Of a DNA stretch of 64,000 nucleotides, positions 1 through 14,532 are shown one piece after another; the first letter of the stretch is position 1; each line of letters opens with the position of its first letter. Below the pieces are notes generated by a model. It was not told where the DNA came from. It worked only from the letters and a program-made list of their open reading frames with translations, and searched no databases. The stretch comes from Podarcis filfolensis (lineage: Eukaryota), in NCBI GenBank assembly GCA_964270895.1, contig OZ185440.1; one strand, 5' to 3'. The position numbers and the translations under genes were made by a program.

Positions 1-1178
1 ATGTGCTTTTATTTCCCCTCTCCATCACACCTTTCCCTCCTCTCATCACAAAGCACACAGAGAGAGCGAAACAGAAGGAAACCAATCCTCACTAGGGAGG
101 ATAATGACACAGGGAGTTGTGCTGACCGTGCTTCTCTTGATATAGCTGCAATACAAAATCTAGCTAATGTTCAACTTTATGGGAATGAAAATTAGACCTA
201 TGTATAGGGAATGCCAAAGCATACTTTTGGAGATTTTTCAGTGTGTTTGTGAATTTCCATCTAGCCTGGAGACTCTAATTCCTTATTTGGTAAGAGTCAG
301 CCTTATCTTTTATCACTTTTCAGGGAACCAAGCACTTTTCAACAAGGCATTATGCTGATATAGCAGTCAGCAAGCAAGGAAGGCTTTGTTAATAAACCAT
401 ACTAACTATCAGGACTGCAATTTAAACATAAATTAGAAACCTCTCTCCTCCCATGAGTAGGTACCTGGTAGGATACTCTATATGCTCCTAGCATGTCTCC
501 ATGCAAGTAGGAGGAGGAGTTTTGATACGCTCCAGCAGCTACTACTCTGTGAAGAAAACAATCCCACATTTCCAGCTGTATCAAATAACTAGGATTGAAA
601 GAGACAATTTCCTACATCAAGCCACCAGGCTTAAGCAGACAATTAAGAAACATGTTTCCCATAAAAGTCAGGTGGCGATCTGTTTTAATTTTTGTGTGGT
701 TTTTATTGCATTGTAATACATGTAGACTATACATGTAGACTGCTTTGATGTTATGAAATTGCAGTATACAATTTTTTATTATTATTATAAATGGATAAAT
801 ATTTTGGACTTCGCCCAAATGAGGGAAGCCTTTCCATTAGCAGCAAGAATAAAAGACATTCTCCTCATTAAAACCGGCTGTAGAAAATCGGCATCATTTT
901 GCCATTACCAGCCTGCAGACCTCTACAACCACTACTCCAAAAGGCAGGCCCCTGGACGGAGTAGGCAGAGTAAGACAAGACTTTATGAAGGGATTCAAAT
1001 TTCAAACAGAAACAAATGTACACAGCTTGGGGGAGGGGGTGGAGCTGGATACAAAAGAAGGAAATTAGTGTTTTGTTTTGAATTACCCCTGCCAGTTTTA
1101 CACTAGGGGGCTTGTTGGAGGCCTCTGCTTACGGGCGTCCTTGAAGGCCAAATAATACTAACCCTGATCGATCCTATA

Positions 1179-1426
1179 CAGTGGTACCCTGGTTTACAAA
1201 CTTAATCCGTTCTGGAAGTCCCTTCTTAAACCAAAGAGTTCTTAAACCAAGGCGTGTTTTCCTATAGCAGCTTGGGACTCACTTTACAAATGGAACACAC
1301 TCAACAGGAAGCAAAACATGTTCTGCTTCCAAGGCAAAGTTCACAAACCAAAACACCTACTTCCGGGTTTGCAGCATTCTTAATCCAAGTTGTTCACTAA
1401 ACTGCTCTTAAACCAAGGTGCCACTG
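1179..1426. mobile_element. Tc1/mariner-type MITE (CAGTGGTACC... TIR family)
   Basis: TA|cagtggtaccctggttta ... aaaccaaggtgccactg|TA. Confidence 0.85.
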
Positions 1427-2552
1427 TACTGGCACTGCCTTATGGAACAGAAGGCCTCAGAAGATCTCTCTTTCAGGATATTTTCACAACCTTAGGGAAA
1501 GGCAGTGATTCCTATGGATTTAGCAGTCTACTTTCCACAGGGAATTATACTCACAAATGCTTCCAATTAACACAGACTATAAAAGGCGGAGAAATTCTGC
1601 AGCAGGCACTCAGGGCAGCTTCTGCAATCTATAAAGCAGCTCTCAATCAGTGGTACAGTAAGGTAATTTGGGACTTCGGACTTAAAAGTCTTATGGGGTG
1701 TGGGGGGTTCCCCTCTTTAGATGGATTTGTGAATTACTTCACCTACTTCAAACTGTGGTAAGCCAGTCCTGCTGTATTTGGAACAGGGCCCTGGACTTTT
1801 CTGCACTGCCATCGCCAGGGCTCCCACTCCCAACTTCAAATATAGTGTCTGAGTTACCATTATCAAATGCACCAGTTGCATGCAGAACCACATTTGTATC
1901 CTTTGTACGAATTGGAACAGAATTCCTCCAAAGGGGAATGCCACTCCCAGTGTCACACTTCATGTCAAATGTAAGGACAAATCATGATATAAGGGACAGC
2001 TGGAGTCAGAACAGCTAATATTATTGAATCACTGTACATTTCCAAATCTTTGCCTGGATTAGTCAAGGCTATGAAGTACTCTCCTAAGGATACTAAAATA
2101 CAGGTTATACAGCAAGACAACAGATTCACTGCAACTCATAAGAGAACCATACACTTCAAGAACCAGCCAGGTCCTTTAAACAAATGCTCCATCTTCCCTG
2201 GGCATAATTCAACATGTAAGAAGATCAAGGAAGAGGCTATTTAAGCCATAATGTCCATGACCAGGGGACTATTACCATGAAATATAGATTAGACAAGGCA
2301 CAAATGATGAGGCTTCAGGGTCCCATTTATCATGGGAAGAGCTATTATCATCCCAAATGTAGGCTGGAAACAGGAATGGCAGATACTAGCATAATCTGGG
2401 ATGGTTGCATAAGAGGCATAGCCTGTCTTGCTTCTAGTGCTAGACTTCTGAATTTTGCTCTTCCACTGGACAGGGCTACATTAAGGGTTTTCCACACATC
2501 TGTATTGGGCTATATTTACTTTATTTGGCAACTGGACCTGAAGCATCTATGC

Positions 2553-2688
2553 CAGGAATCCCCAAACTTGGCCCTCCAGCTGTTTTGGGACTACAACTTC
2601 CATCATCCCTAGCTAACAGGACCAGAGGTCAGGGATGATGGGAATTGTGGTCCCAAAACAGCTGGAGGGCCAAGTTTGGGGGTGCCTG
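2553..2688. mobile_element. Palindromic hAT-type MITE
   Basis: Near-perfect inverted repeat along its whole length; 8-bp TSD ATCTATGC (2545-2552 and 2689-2696). Confidence 0.9.
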
Positions 2689-4266
2689 ATCTATGCTAAC
2701 AATGTTTAGAAATGACTGGACAACTCAAGAGTGTCTTTACAAGGGGCATTCTCTTATAAGAAAGAAAAATTTTCTTGCATGGCTATAGATAACCTAGTTA
2801 AACCCATATTCTTAAATCTGCCATGTGTCTCTCTGACTTCAGTTTTCTTCCTCCCACTCAACCCGATCCTCTTAATCCATTCTGCCTTGCACCATGAAGA
2901 CAACTCTTCCAGAAAAGTCTGTTTCCAATCTTGTTTATATTATGATCTTTGGAGCGGACATGCACATTTCTCTTATTCTTCACAATGAGTTTTGATCAGT
3001 TTGCATTTTTAATGCAAACAGCTGCTGAATCATGTCACCCAAGCAATACAAATTGAGCAAAATGGCAAAAACTAGCACTGTTATTCTTGCAACCATAAAG
3101 AAGGGAAGGAGCTATACACAGCACTGAAGCACCTTTTCCTGACCACTTAAAGTTCTGCAAAGCCCCCATGTAGGTTCTTAGGCATTCACGGTGTACTGTA
3201 AAACAGTTTCAAGCCTTGATAAAAAGGTATTTGCATTTTTTGAGCCGAGATCCTCAGGACGTTGAATTCTGTGCTCAATACAAATTTCAGAACTGACCTA
3301 GCTTTATGTCATTTCATTTTTATGTACCTAAACACACAATCTTTGCAATGGAAACATACAAGTAGCATAAACTTCAGAAACTTAACTACATGTTGGTGCT
3401 AAAATGCTTTTCCATATATTTATATTTAAAATATTAAAATGTAGAGAAAATATGTTTCTAAAATTGCTTCCATGAAAATAGCTAGCAAGTGATAAATGAA
3501 TAAGTACTTTGGTGCTGATTTAAAAATTGAGTTTAATGGATTTCTCAGGATTTATTTGTTTTTAAAGGGCCACTCAGGGGAACTGGACTTTCTCCCTCTC
3601 CACCCACGGGGCTATGTCATGGTCAACAATATGGATGAAACACAGCAAGATACAGACACAAAAAAGAGTCGTATAGAAATCTATTGCCATTCCACTTGTA
3701 GCTCGCAGCAGAAGAGCAATGCTTAGTAGCTCTAGGAACTCCCAGTCTGGAAGCAACCCTGGGTTACAACATGCTTAACCTCTACACACATCTGTGATTG
3801 CAAGGGGAAGACTGTTCCCATTTAACAGCACAACATTCACTGCACCACTGCCTCCTCGCTTATACCTCCCAGGAGAGGGCATCTGGGTTAGATTTGCATG
3901 TAAAACTCCTCTTTGCACACACCAAGTCCCAAGCCTGTCCTTAGTTTCATGTAACAACGCAGAATATTTTGACAGCATCTGGTACAGGATACTCCCTCAG
4001 AGCCCAGGAGGTCAGATCAACCATGAAGAAAGAGCTAGGGAATAAATAGCCAAGCTTTCCTGCTCTCTACAACCCCAAAACCTGCTGGGGAGGAAAGCTA
4101 CTTCTCTTCCACAGACAACTACAAAGAAGTGTGTTAAAAATATCCTGCTCCTCCCCTTAATAATTTTGCCCCTATACTTCTCAGGACAAAGGCCCTGTTC
4201 ATGGAAGGATTTATGTACTCAGTAAAATACTGCTTAGATTCTGAGTAGTGAACAGTATTCTCTAGC

Positions 4267-4409
4267 NNNNNNNNNNNNNNNNNNNNNNNNNNNNNNNNNN
4301 NNNNNNNNNNNNNNNNNNNNNNNNNNNNNNNNNNNNNNNNNNNNNNNNNNNNNNNNNNNNNNNNNNNNNNNNNNNNNNNNNNNNNNNNNNNNNNNNNNNN
4401 NNNNNNNNN
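4267..4409. other. Assembly gap (143 N)
   Basis: Run of n. Confidence 1.
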
Positions 4410-5967
4410 TAGTACATATGTTAAACAACATGTATTACATGAATTCTCTAGGCTGAAGTTGATAATATATCTTCAGAGTGCAGTGCCACAGCTACAAGCA
4501 AGAGCAGTTAAGACTGATACCAGCATACTCAAACTAACATTACTGAAAAACTACCACCTATTGCAAATTTGGATAACAGTAAGCAAACCATTCATTTACC
4601 CCTAACAACTCATATTTTTTTAATATGAAGCTATGGAGGAATAAAGGGATGAACCTTAAATTTCATTCTTTTCCTTAAATCAGGAGCAACCTTTTAGACC
4701 TTAGGGCCACATTCACACTCTGTCAGCTCTCTGTGGGCCAACAGTAAATGTGCTTGATGTCTAAGATATTTGTCAGTTAAAACAAGATGTCTTGACAAAT
4801 GTCTCAACGGCTCATAGGATGTGGAAGCCTAGCAACATTTTCCCATTCCCTTTACGTATTCAAATATTGCTGCAACAGAGTGAAGAAGGAAATGGATTTT
4901 AATTTAGCATTTGCACTTTTTCACTCTGCAAAACACCTTAGGCATTTCCTCTATTGACCAGCTATCATAGACCATCAGAAGATGCATTGTGGACCACGCA
5001 CAGTTTAAGAACTGCTACCACAGAATACAAGAAATGTCCTGTATGTCAGATTTTGCAGCTCCTGAAGGTCTAAACTACAAATATGAAGGAAATCAGAAAC
5101 TGGATCCCACAATGTGTGTGCCTGCTTTTATTGAAATGCAGTTGGGAGAAATTGCCCCTTTTTTCTGAGCCACAACTGGGATGGGGTGGGGAAAACAGGA
5201 TTTTGATTTGGAAAAGCATTAAGTATCACTTACTAGTGATCATAAAAACAAAAACAAAACCCTAACAACCCTCACCCCCAGGTGAGTAACAACCTTAAAA
5301 AAAAGAAAATGAATTGGAAGTTCTAATTATTATTGCCTTATGATGTGCTGTTTGGTCTTACACACCTCTTATTTTTGAAATCCTGTTTTGACAGCTCTAT
5401 CTGCCTCACCTGACTATTCACAAATTGGTATATGAAAGTAGGACTTGCTGGCCCTGCAGCACCTACTGTACGTACTAAACAATATATCACCCTCCCCAGA
5501 CACTGAGATCTCAACCAGAGGCCCTCTTGTGTTCACACACCCACACACCCTAGGTCTCTGAGGTGGTACCCAGAGACAAGGCCTTTTGCGTGGCGGCTTT
5601 TTTGAGGCTTTTGGGGACCCCCAAAAGATTTATGTTGTTCAAGTGGTCTTCCCTCAAGTAATTTTTGTCCCATTTGCTGGACTGGATTATGTTGTGGAGG
5701 ATTTGAATGAGTTTTATTGTTTTGAAGTGTACTGGTAACACTTATTTTAGTGTTGTTTTATTGTTGCAATGCACTTTGGAGGGTCTTTGTCCAGAAAAGC
5801 AACACAGAAATGTTTTAAAATAAATAATACCAAAAGAAATAAATAATACCCAAATAACTAAACTGGGACAAATTGTGCACCACCATGCTGCTAAAAGCTT
5901 TTATGTCTGGGACAAATGCCCTGGTGTGTCATCACAATGCCAGGGTGAAAGGGCATTCTGTGTAGAG

Positions 5968-6152
5968 CAGGGGTGCCCAAACTTTTTTCAAAGAGAGCCA
6001 GATTTGATGAAGTGAACATGCGTGAGGGCTAACCAAAGTTGTTGAGCTTTTTAGGATTTAAGTTGTTGAACTTTTTTTTGCCCCAAAGTTGTTGTGCTTT
6101 TTTAAAGATTTTACCCCAGTGGGCACCCCGAAATAGACTTTGGACATGCCTG
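5968..6152. mobile_element. hAT-type MITE
   Basis: TIR CAGGGGTGCCCAAA / TTTGGACATGCCTG; 8-bp TSD GTGTAGAG (5960-5967 and 6153-6160). Confidence 0.88.
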
Positions 6153-9084
6153 GTGTAGAGGATCTTAAGTGCTTGTGCTTCACCGATCTTAAGTGCTTGT
6201 GCTTAAGCATGCTTTTAAAAGGTCCACTTTGTTTTTAATGGAGCCCACCCTGTTCATGAAAAAGCACAAGAACTCTGTGGTGCAATCCTGTTCATGTATA
6301 GGCAGAAGTAAGTCCCACTGAGTTCAACAGGACTATGTCTCAAATAAGTGTGTGTAGGACTGCAGTCTAGAAGTCTGACATAACTTCCACTGTGAAGAAA
6401 ACTTGACAAGAGGAATCACCCAGAGACGAGAATGGTAACTGTCATCAATCCATTCCCTTTATTTGTATCACATGTTCAGAGCCCTCAAGGCGAGATTTAG
6501 CACAAAGAAAAGCAGAACTGTCTGAAGCTCAGCCCAGGCACGAACTAACCTCATAACTCTCACCACTGGAACTCACACTCTTCAAACATGACAGTCCCGT
6601 TTGCATAGGAGCCAGAAAAATTAGACAAAGCGGATGGGGAGGTAGCTTTGTGAATGAGATGCTAGTCAACAGCATTCTGGTTCCTACAGAAAGAAGCTTG
6701 CCAGATGAGGAAAGAGATTAGAGCCCTTGAAGCATGATGCTTGAAGAGGGAATGGAAACACGAATGGGAGTGAGGGGCAGTGCGTGCCAGCTTCCCCCCA
6801 CACCAAACACATCCTTGCATGGGGCAGCTGCACCCTCTCCACCACTGACCTTCTTGCATTGAACTGGAATGTCTGAAGTGGGGTGCTAAGCACATTTTCC
6901 ATGATAAGAAGCTTCCTCACAACCAGGGTCCCAGTAACATCACAGGGCTCCTAATCATTGGGAGGCTTGAGACCTTCCCAGGCAATGCAAGAAGGACAAG
7001 GGTGGAGTGGAAAGGAATGTTGGGGTGTGGGTGGCATGGACATCTCCCTGGTTGCGTTGCCAAGCCCTGCTCAAGTATAAAGCCTGAAACAAGGCTGCAG
7101 TTCTCCAGGACAGAAGCTGGAGAGGCAAGAAGGAAAAGTGAGGGAGACCCGATCCAAATGTCCATATTCTGCACTGCTACAAATAGGTAATGCAGCCTGA
7201 GCCATGCAGCAACAGGCCATGCAGAAATAGAGGAATGGCAGGAATATATACCCAACCCAGGGGCTCATGGGAATCTTTGAAGGGGGAATCAAAGTCAGAC
7301 ACTGAAAGGGGGAAGCAGGCTTATTTCTCTCTCACACACACAAAAGATAAGAAAAGCGCTTGTTCATTTTGCCTCATATTTCAGGTTCTACAAATGCTAG
7401 AAACTGACATTAAAAAAGAAAACTGCGGAGCTAAAGTTTTAGCCATTCAGAGGGGCCATTCAGGGGGGCACCTTCTTCCCTTTGCCCTCCATGTGGACCC
7501 CAATGACACTCCCCCCATCTTTTTGTGTTGCAAATGAGGCAGAATTATTGTTTCAGAAAGCATTTGGAGGAGCTTTATTTTCGTGTATGCTGAATTTTAA
7601 TGGTTTTAATTCTGTGATTCTTATTACTATTTGTTTTGCATTTTTTTGGCTCCAAAAACACCCTGCTGAGTACAGATCTGTGTAACAACTTAGAAAGAAA
7701 TGAAAAGCTAGAGATGTGTATCATTGTTTCAGAATGAATGAAACATTGAACCAAACTGTTTATTTATGAACCAATGTACTTCTAGGCTGATTACAAAGTA
7801 AAAAAGCATCAAACAACAATACATACATTAGAGCATCAGATAAACAGTTGAGAGTTTAATTTCATTTGTTATGAAATGAAAGCACAGACTGATGAACAGG
7901 TACATTTCTCATTGTTCCCATTCATTTTTCTAGTGGCAGCAGACCTGATCTCTGCAGCCATTCCTGGCTACCACAGCTCAGATTCCCTCTCTTGTTACAA
8001 ACTTTCTCACAGATCCATATTCCTACCTATTCCCAATGGTAATCCAATGGCAATCCAATGGCCAATCCCACCTGCCATTCAAGAACAGCAGCATCAGCTC
8101 TGCTGGTTACTGCATGAAAGTTCCAGAGCAGAGCACACAAGGCAGCTGTCCTTTGCTAGCTCCTACTGTGTCTTTCTTGCATGGACGGATTCAGTGATGC
8201 CAAATGAAATCTTGTTGACATGACATCAGACCTTCCAAAACCCTAGGAAGAAAGGCCCTGTTTGTGCCAAGCATTAGCCAATAGCAGCATTTGCATCCCT
8301 TCACACGGGGTAAGTACCGTATTAGACAGCGCCATCCCCTTGGTAATGCTTACTCCAACTGACAGCTTTGTAGCCAAGGCAATAATATGCCTCCCAAGCC
8401 AGAGAAATAATGTCTCATCCAAGAATCTACCATGATAAGACTCCTCCATTCAGGATTACCATCCCCTCCAAACTATCCTTTGCATAGCTGACAAGCATGC
8501 AAGTGTAGATCCCACATACATTATGGCACACTTGAGATGCTCCAGCAGCAGTGTGGAGAGATGTTTCTCCATGGCTTCATTCCAATGCACTGCTATAATG
8601 TTTTAAAGGTCTGGCACCACTAGTGCCCACTGCACTCATTCTTCCCACCTTGGCAGGGAAATGCTACAGCAGGGTCCTGGGATTAAATACTGCTGGAAAA
8701 GCAGATCTCAACCTATTGCCAGAATACCTAAAAGATGCTTTTGTTTCTCATTAGGTGGTTCCTTTAGAATGCCATGATGCTGTAGTATCAAAGTGGGTTC
8801 CAGGTGGGCAGCTCTGGCCATCCAGAGGAGGACAATTCTTGTGCTGCTCCCTCATACCATACGTATGCATTGGAAGGGTCCAACTTGCATCTCATCCAAA
8901 ACATGGAGGTATTTACAGCCTCTTCCATATGACAGCTACAAAATGCTTTGCAAAGATCTGATCCCTCGGTTTCTTTGTTCCAATTCAGCTCCGATCCTGT
9001 GCAGGTTCCATCTTTACAAGCAATGTTTAAAATGTGCTTTTGAGCCTCATTCACTATTTCTGCTGCATGTTGTTAACACGGTCA

Positions 9085-9230
9085 CAGAATCATAGAACTG
9101 CCGAGCTGGAAGGCACCCACAAGGATCATCTAGTCCAACTCTCACAATGAAGGAATCACAGCTGAAAAATCCCTGACAGGTGGCCATCCAACCTACATTT
9201 AAAAACCTTTTAAAAATCCACAACCTTCCG
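9085..9230 (-). mobile_element. CR1 LINE 3' end fragment
   Basis: cagaatcatagaactg...ggaaggcacccacaaggatcatctagtccaac is the antisense of the CR1 3' tail. Confidence 0.7.
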
Positions 9231-12200
9231 AGGCCAGAACGTAACAGGAACATCAATGCACATTGCAAAACTGACACCAGCTACAATCAGTTTTACACAC
9301 CAGTTTAACCCATGGAAACATGAAGAACCTGCTACGCCAGTGTTTCTTAAACTGTGGGCCAGGGACCATCAAACAAGCATTAGTATCACAGCCTATCCCC
9401 TGGTCATGCTGCAGCCTTCTGATTGGATGCACCCTAGCAGCAGCTCCCCGCATGTGCAGTGCATGAGCATGCCTGGGAACGGGAGTCAGGTTAAACAGCA
9501 GAGGCAAGAGTGAGAGCATAGCATGCAGATTTGCAATGGAAGAAATTGTAGCAAGGGGAAAACAGATAATGTGCCAGGAAAGGAACAGGAAGAAGGGAGG
9601 TAAAAGAGTCAAAGTGGCTGTGGGAGGTGAAAAGGAGAAGACCCCGGGAGCAGCTGCTGAGACTTCTGGGTCCTCTGCTTCACACACATGCCCACAAACC
9701 ACAGCTGGCCTCCTACTGAGCCAGGAAGCCTTTCCTGCCTCCTCTGAGGTGAAGGAGTCAAAGGGGCCACTGAAGGAAGTCAGAGAGACAAAAGATGAAT
9801 ATTTTAATAAATAATAATAAACTGGGAATAGAGGTGAAGGGGATGCTCACTCTTGTCAAACTGTCAAAGAAGAGGAAGAAGTGAATGTTAAATTGAGCCA
9901 GGGAAGAGGAACGAAATAAACTGGCAGTGGGAACAGGGAACAAGTTACGAGTGTGAAAGGAGGATAAATAACAGTAGACAACTAAAGATACTTTTGAGAG
10001 ACATGTGCTGGGGTGAAATATAAAATAAAACAAACCCTTCTATACTTAGACCCTCTGGATCAGCAATTCTGCTTAAAATGGGGAGGCTGGATCACAATAC
10101 TTCCAATCCCTTGACTTAGCTTGAGAGAACTGTGGAACTCTCTGCCACAAGGAAATCACCATGGCAAAGAATTTAGTGAAGAAGGATTAGATATCAGTAG
10201 AAAATGATGTCTGTAATTCTCTGCCTCCATCTCTCCCCACTATTTTTCCTGCATCTACTCTGCCATTTTGTTACATTAATTCTGAGCCTTCTCAAGTGGG
10301 TCTTCAGAGTAGACAGTTTGAGGACCCCTGTACTAAGTGCTTCCTGCTTCTGATCCAGCTTTTTATTTCCTGGCTTAAAGCAATCCAATATAATGGACAG
10401 CAACAGCTTCTACCTTCCCTGCACCCTGTGGAAACAGACTACTTATACTGGGGACACTCCTATTTAGGAAGAAACCAGCATTTTCACTCCCTCTCCCCCA
10501 GTTCCATCTATACCCGCCAATTACATCCTCCATGTCTTCCTGGGGCTTGAGTGACATCAGAGTAAATACTGGCAGTGTGGGAGCAAGGAGCTACTGGGAA
10601 GTGGGGGGTACACTTTGTGTTCTTTCACCAAGCATAGCGCCATTAACAAGTTGGCAAGCTATCATCTGAAGCCAATTCCTATGGAATACTCCTGCTTTTT
10701 GCCCCAAAGGGGCTAGTACTGAAAACTTGCCATTTCACCCCCGCCCCTTACAAAAAGGAAAAGCCACTTGGCATATGCTGGAGTAAGACATGAGGAGGGA
10801 GGGGGCAGTGTTACTAGCAGCAGGGGGCTCCATCTCTTGGAGAGATCAAGGACATGGCATGCTTCAGCAAGACTGTTTACAGAAGTGGCTGAGGTCTGGA
10901 GGTTGCAAGGGTTTAAATAAACTTGAGAAATCTACTTCCTTCCCCCAGTTTCACAAGCTCCATTTCCTGGCCCTCCTCAGCTCTGACAAGAGCTCTCAGA
11001 CACTTCAGGAAGTGCTCCGAGGCCAATCAATTTTTTCTAATTTTTATTTCTTGAAAGCACACATCTCTGGCAATTGGTATGCAACAGGTTTGTTTGTTCT
11101 GTTTAGCTCTTTTGCCTAGCAGTTCTAAACCAGGCCCATAGAACCCCTATGATTCTCAAACCAATGAAAAACAATGGCACACAATACGCCGTCACAGCAG
11201 AGCAACCTTAGCATCAGCCACACTAAGTGCTATCAGTCAGGTTTACTTATATCACAACAGCTTGCGTTTTTCAGTGGAAACAACCCATCCTGGGTGACTG
11301 AGCTGGACTCTACATAGTTATTTGCTGAAACACTAAACAGCCCAGAAGAGACTAGGAGCAATCTTTGCGAAGCCAAGAGCTGAAGCATATGAGCATGCAA
11401 CAATGGGCGTGGGTAATTTCTGAACTAAGGCGGGCAGAGCCTGCTAGATCATAGTGCAAGCAAGCAGGAAACCCACAAAGTACCGTAATCAGTTTATCTC
11501 CTACAAAGCCACTTTTGACGACAGCCAGAGCCTGAGTTTTTATGCTCAAATTATTTCCACCTTCAAAACCAAACCGAGTTAACATAATGCCAGACTTAAA
11601 ACAGCCTTCATTAAACTGGTCCCAAAAGCTACGCAGACATTCAGAATGACCAGAAATTGCACTGTGGTGTCTGAGATAGGTCTGGAGTGGACATTAGGCA
11701 GACTTAAAACTTAATGAAGCACATGTAAATGAATTTAAGCAAATAAGCTTTTAAGACAATCCACAAACAAGATAAATGTGATTATTTTTTAGTCTGCCCA
11801 GGGTCTGATGGCCCTTCTTCCTGCTGCAGGTGTCATTTTAGAGCAGTACAAAATGTACTTCTGTACAAAATGACAGTGTTTCTGTTTCAAGCACATTCAG
11901 ATTGGGGGGTGGGGGCAAATCCTTTATCAAACTCTGTTCCTAAGTATTTAAAGGGGGGGATGGCAAATAATACACGCACAAGCTTTTCACAACTGATGCA
12001 GCACATATAGATTTAATTTTGCACTCTGGTCCCTGTGTGCAAGAAAAGCTGCCCTCAGCTGCTTGAATTAAACTACTGTATCAAAAACCCTGATCTGCAG
12101 GAAGATTCTGTGTCATCAGTTAGCAAATGATGTCAATGGCTTCCCAAGTCAGAAGTAGGCCTGGCCTCCCTAGGGATGTGCAGTTCTCTCAGAAGATACA

Positions 12201-13529
12201 AACTAAACTCCATTCAGATCCCCCCATTGTTTGTATGTGGGACTTGATTGTTAGGAAGGCAGAACACCATTCCCTCTGTATCCTACCCCTTTCCAGTACA
12301 AAGAGCAATGACATGAGAGACTTTTCACTGGGCTTTGGTTTCTCTAGGATTTAGTTTCTCGTCCTTTGCCTCCACCGTCTCTCTAGTGTATTGCAGTCGA
12401 TGCTCCCCTAACAACTCCTCCCTTAAAAAAAAACACACCAATCTGTCCATGTGCAAATCTGGCATTTCCCATATAAATCAGTTCCATTGCAAGGTACCTC
12501 TTGGACAGTTCCCCAACCCCCTCTTGTAAACCACTGAAGAAGCTGAAAGGTTTGACATCACATGCTATAGCATTGCAATTAAAGTAAGAACAAAAATCCT
12601 TTCTTTCTTTCACACGTGTCAGTTCCTTGGTTTGAGATGCCATTTCCTAAGCTGCATTGAAGTCTGTAAAAAAAATGAGAGGGCATATAAAACCTCAATC
12701 TCTACTGCAAATGCAAAAGAGAGAGAGAAATATATGGAGAATGACTCAGATACAAGCCTGTTTGAAACAGTCCTCATCACACCTAAAGAACCAACAGAGG
12801 CAGAAAAGCAGATTTCTTCCACTTTCAAAGAATGTGTCTCTAAGTATTCCACACAGACCTCTCTAAGCCTGCAAGTTGGCATCATAAACTAAAAACGGTT
12901 TATTATTATTTTTTTAAAAAAATCATCATGTGAAAAAGATTAAAGAGAAATCTGGATAAACGGATCAGCTGGTAAGGCAAACGGCAACCCATTCTGTTGG
13001 AAGCTGGCAGAGAGGCAGACATCAAGAGAAGGTTGATCATTACCAATTTTTCTATATATAAAAAAGAAGGCCCCCACATAGAGGTATGTGGTTGCACCAC
13101 TTGAAAGAAAGTGTTACTGTCCTTGCTGTTTGTTTGAGAAGCTTAAAAAGGCTTCTGCTTGCAGGACACACTCAGTGACAGACAGAAGTAGAACAAAGAT
13201 AATTATTAGATGTGGAAGAAAATAACACAAGAGGCAACATGGAGTCGCTGAAGGTTAATTGTGCAGCCACTGTCTGGCACAACACCACAGTCCCAGGCTA
13301 CAAGGGAAAGAACATTTATCCATCACCTGGCATGTCACAACAACACATGAATGGAGTGGCGTGTAGAGCTCTAGGGGAGGTGGGAGGAAGCGGGGGAGAG
13401 AGAGCGTTGTGCAGGCTTCTGCCAGACTAATCTGATATTCTTTTTTGAGAAGATAATTGGTTTTCTGGGCAAAGGAAATGCCATAAAGCATTCGCTGCAG
13501 TACCACATCAGCAATTATTAATGAAACTG

Positions 13530-13770
13530 GAGGATATATATGTACAGTAAGATGGATAAGGAACTGGCTACAGTAAATGGAGAAAGGGTTTTGTTAAAAG
13601 GCAGACCTTCAAACCAGAGTGGAGTTAAGGGGTGGAGTTTCTCAGTGATCAATCCAGAAGCCCATTTTTAACCAGTATTTTCATTCAGTTGGCTTCAGTT
13701 GGCAAGGAAACTATAAGTGAAATCTGCTGATGATGCAAATTAGAAGATGCTACCGATAAAATGGAGAATC
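13530..13770 (+). mobile_element. Degraded CR1 reverse-transcriptase fragment
   Basis: tggataaggaactggct...; ...gctgatgatgcaaaattagaag resembles the WI.NWL and FADDTKL regions; heavily decayed. Confidence 0.45.
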
Positions 13771-14396
13771 AAGAAGCAACAAAGAATTGGCCCACTCCTT
13801 AAATATCAAAGCACTGGCATGCAGAGTCACTTTTCCATGGGTGTGCCCCACGATGGTGCTGCAACATTTAAAGGGACGCCGTGTCTAGGACCAACTGCAT
13901 CAGAACCAGCTGTATGACAGCTGAAGACAAGGATCCACATGGCTGGCTCTGCCCACACTGTAGCAGGCCCAAAAATGTTAAAGCTGCACCAACTCGATGA
14001 CCTTTTACTCACTAGTCTTATGACTGGTTCACATGCACACACAATTTTATTGTGGGATGGAGGGTGAAAATCCACTCTCTGCAGACACTATGGACAGGTT
14101 ACAATGACCACGGAGAATGAAAACAACATGCCAATGGAAACTTCTCAGTGCCACAATTCTAATATGATGGCAGCCTGCTGTACAGATCCTCATCTCTGCA
14201 TAAGGAGTTTCCATGGCCTCACAGGATATCTCTAGAAGTGCTTGGGAAAGGTATGGAGGTTCTCCATTCAATGATGGCGACCCATGTGATAAGCTACTCT
14301 ACATTACAGCTCCAGTATGGAAAACTCACCATGGGAATGTGGTTTTCAGCAGCATCCTTATTAGCTACTGTAATGTGTCAGTCCTTGTTTTAGATC

Positions 14397-14532
14397 AGGG
14401 CTGAGCAATTTGTGGCCCTCCAGATACTTCTGGAGTGCAAACTCTCGTCATCCCTGACCACTGACCATGCTAGCTAGGGTGGATGGGGGATGGAGTCCAA
14501 TATCTAGAGCACCAAATGTTCCCTACCTCTAC
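14397..14532. mobile_element. Older copy of the palindromic hAT-type MITE family
   Basis: Shares the tggccctccagat...catccctgaccactg...gctagctaggg core with the copies at 2553 and 31890. Confidence 0.65.

Noticed and set aside
4234-4431. ORF spanning the N run
   Set aside because: Artefact of the assembly gap.
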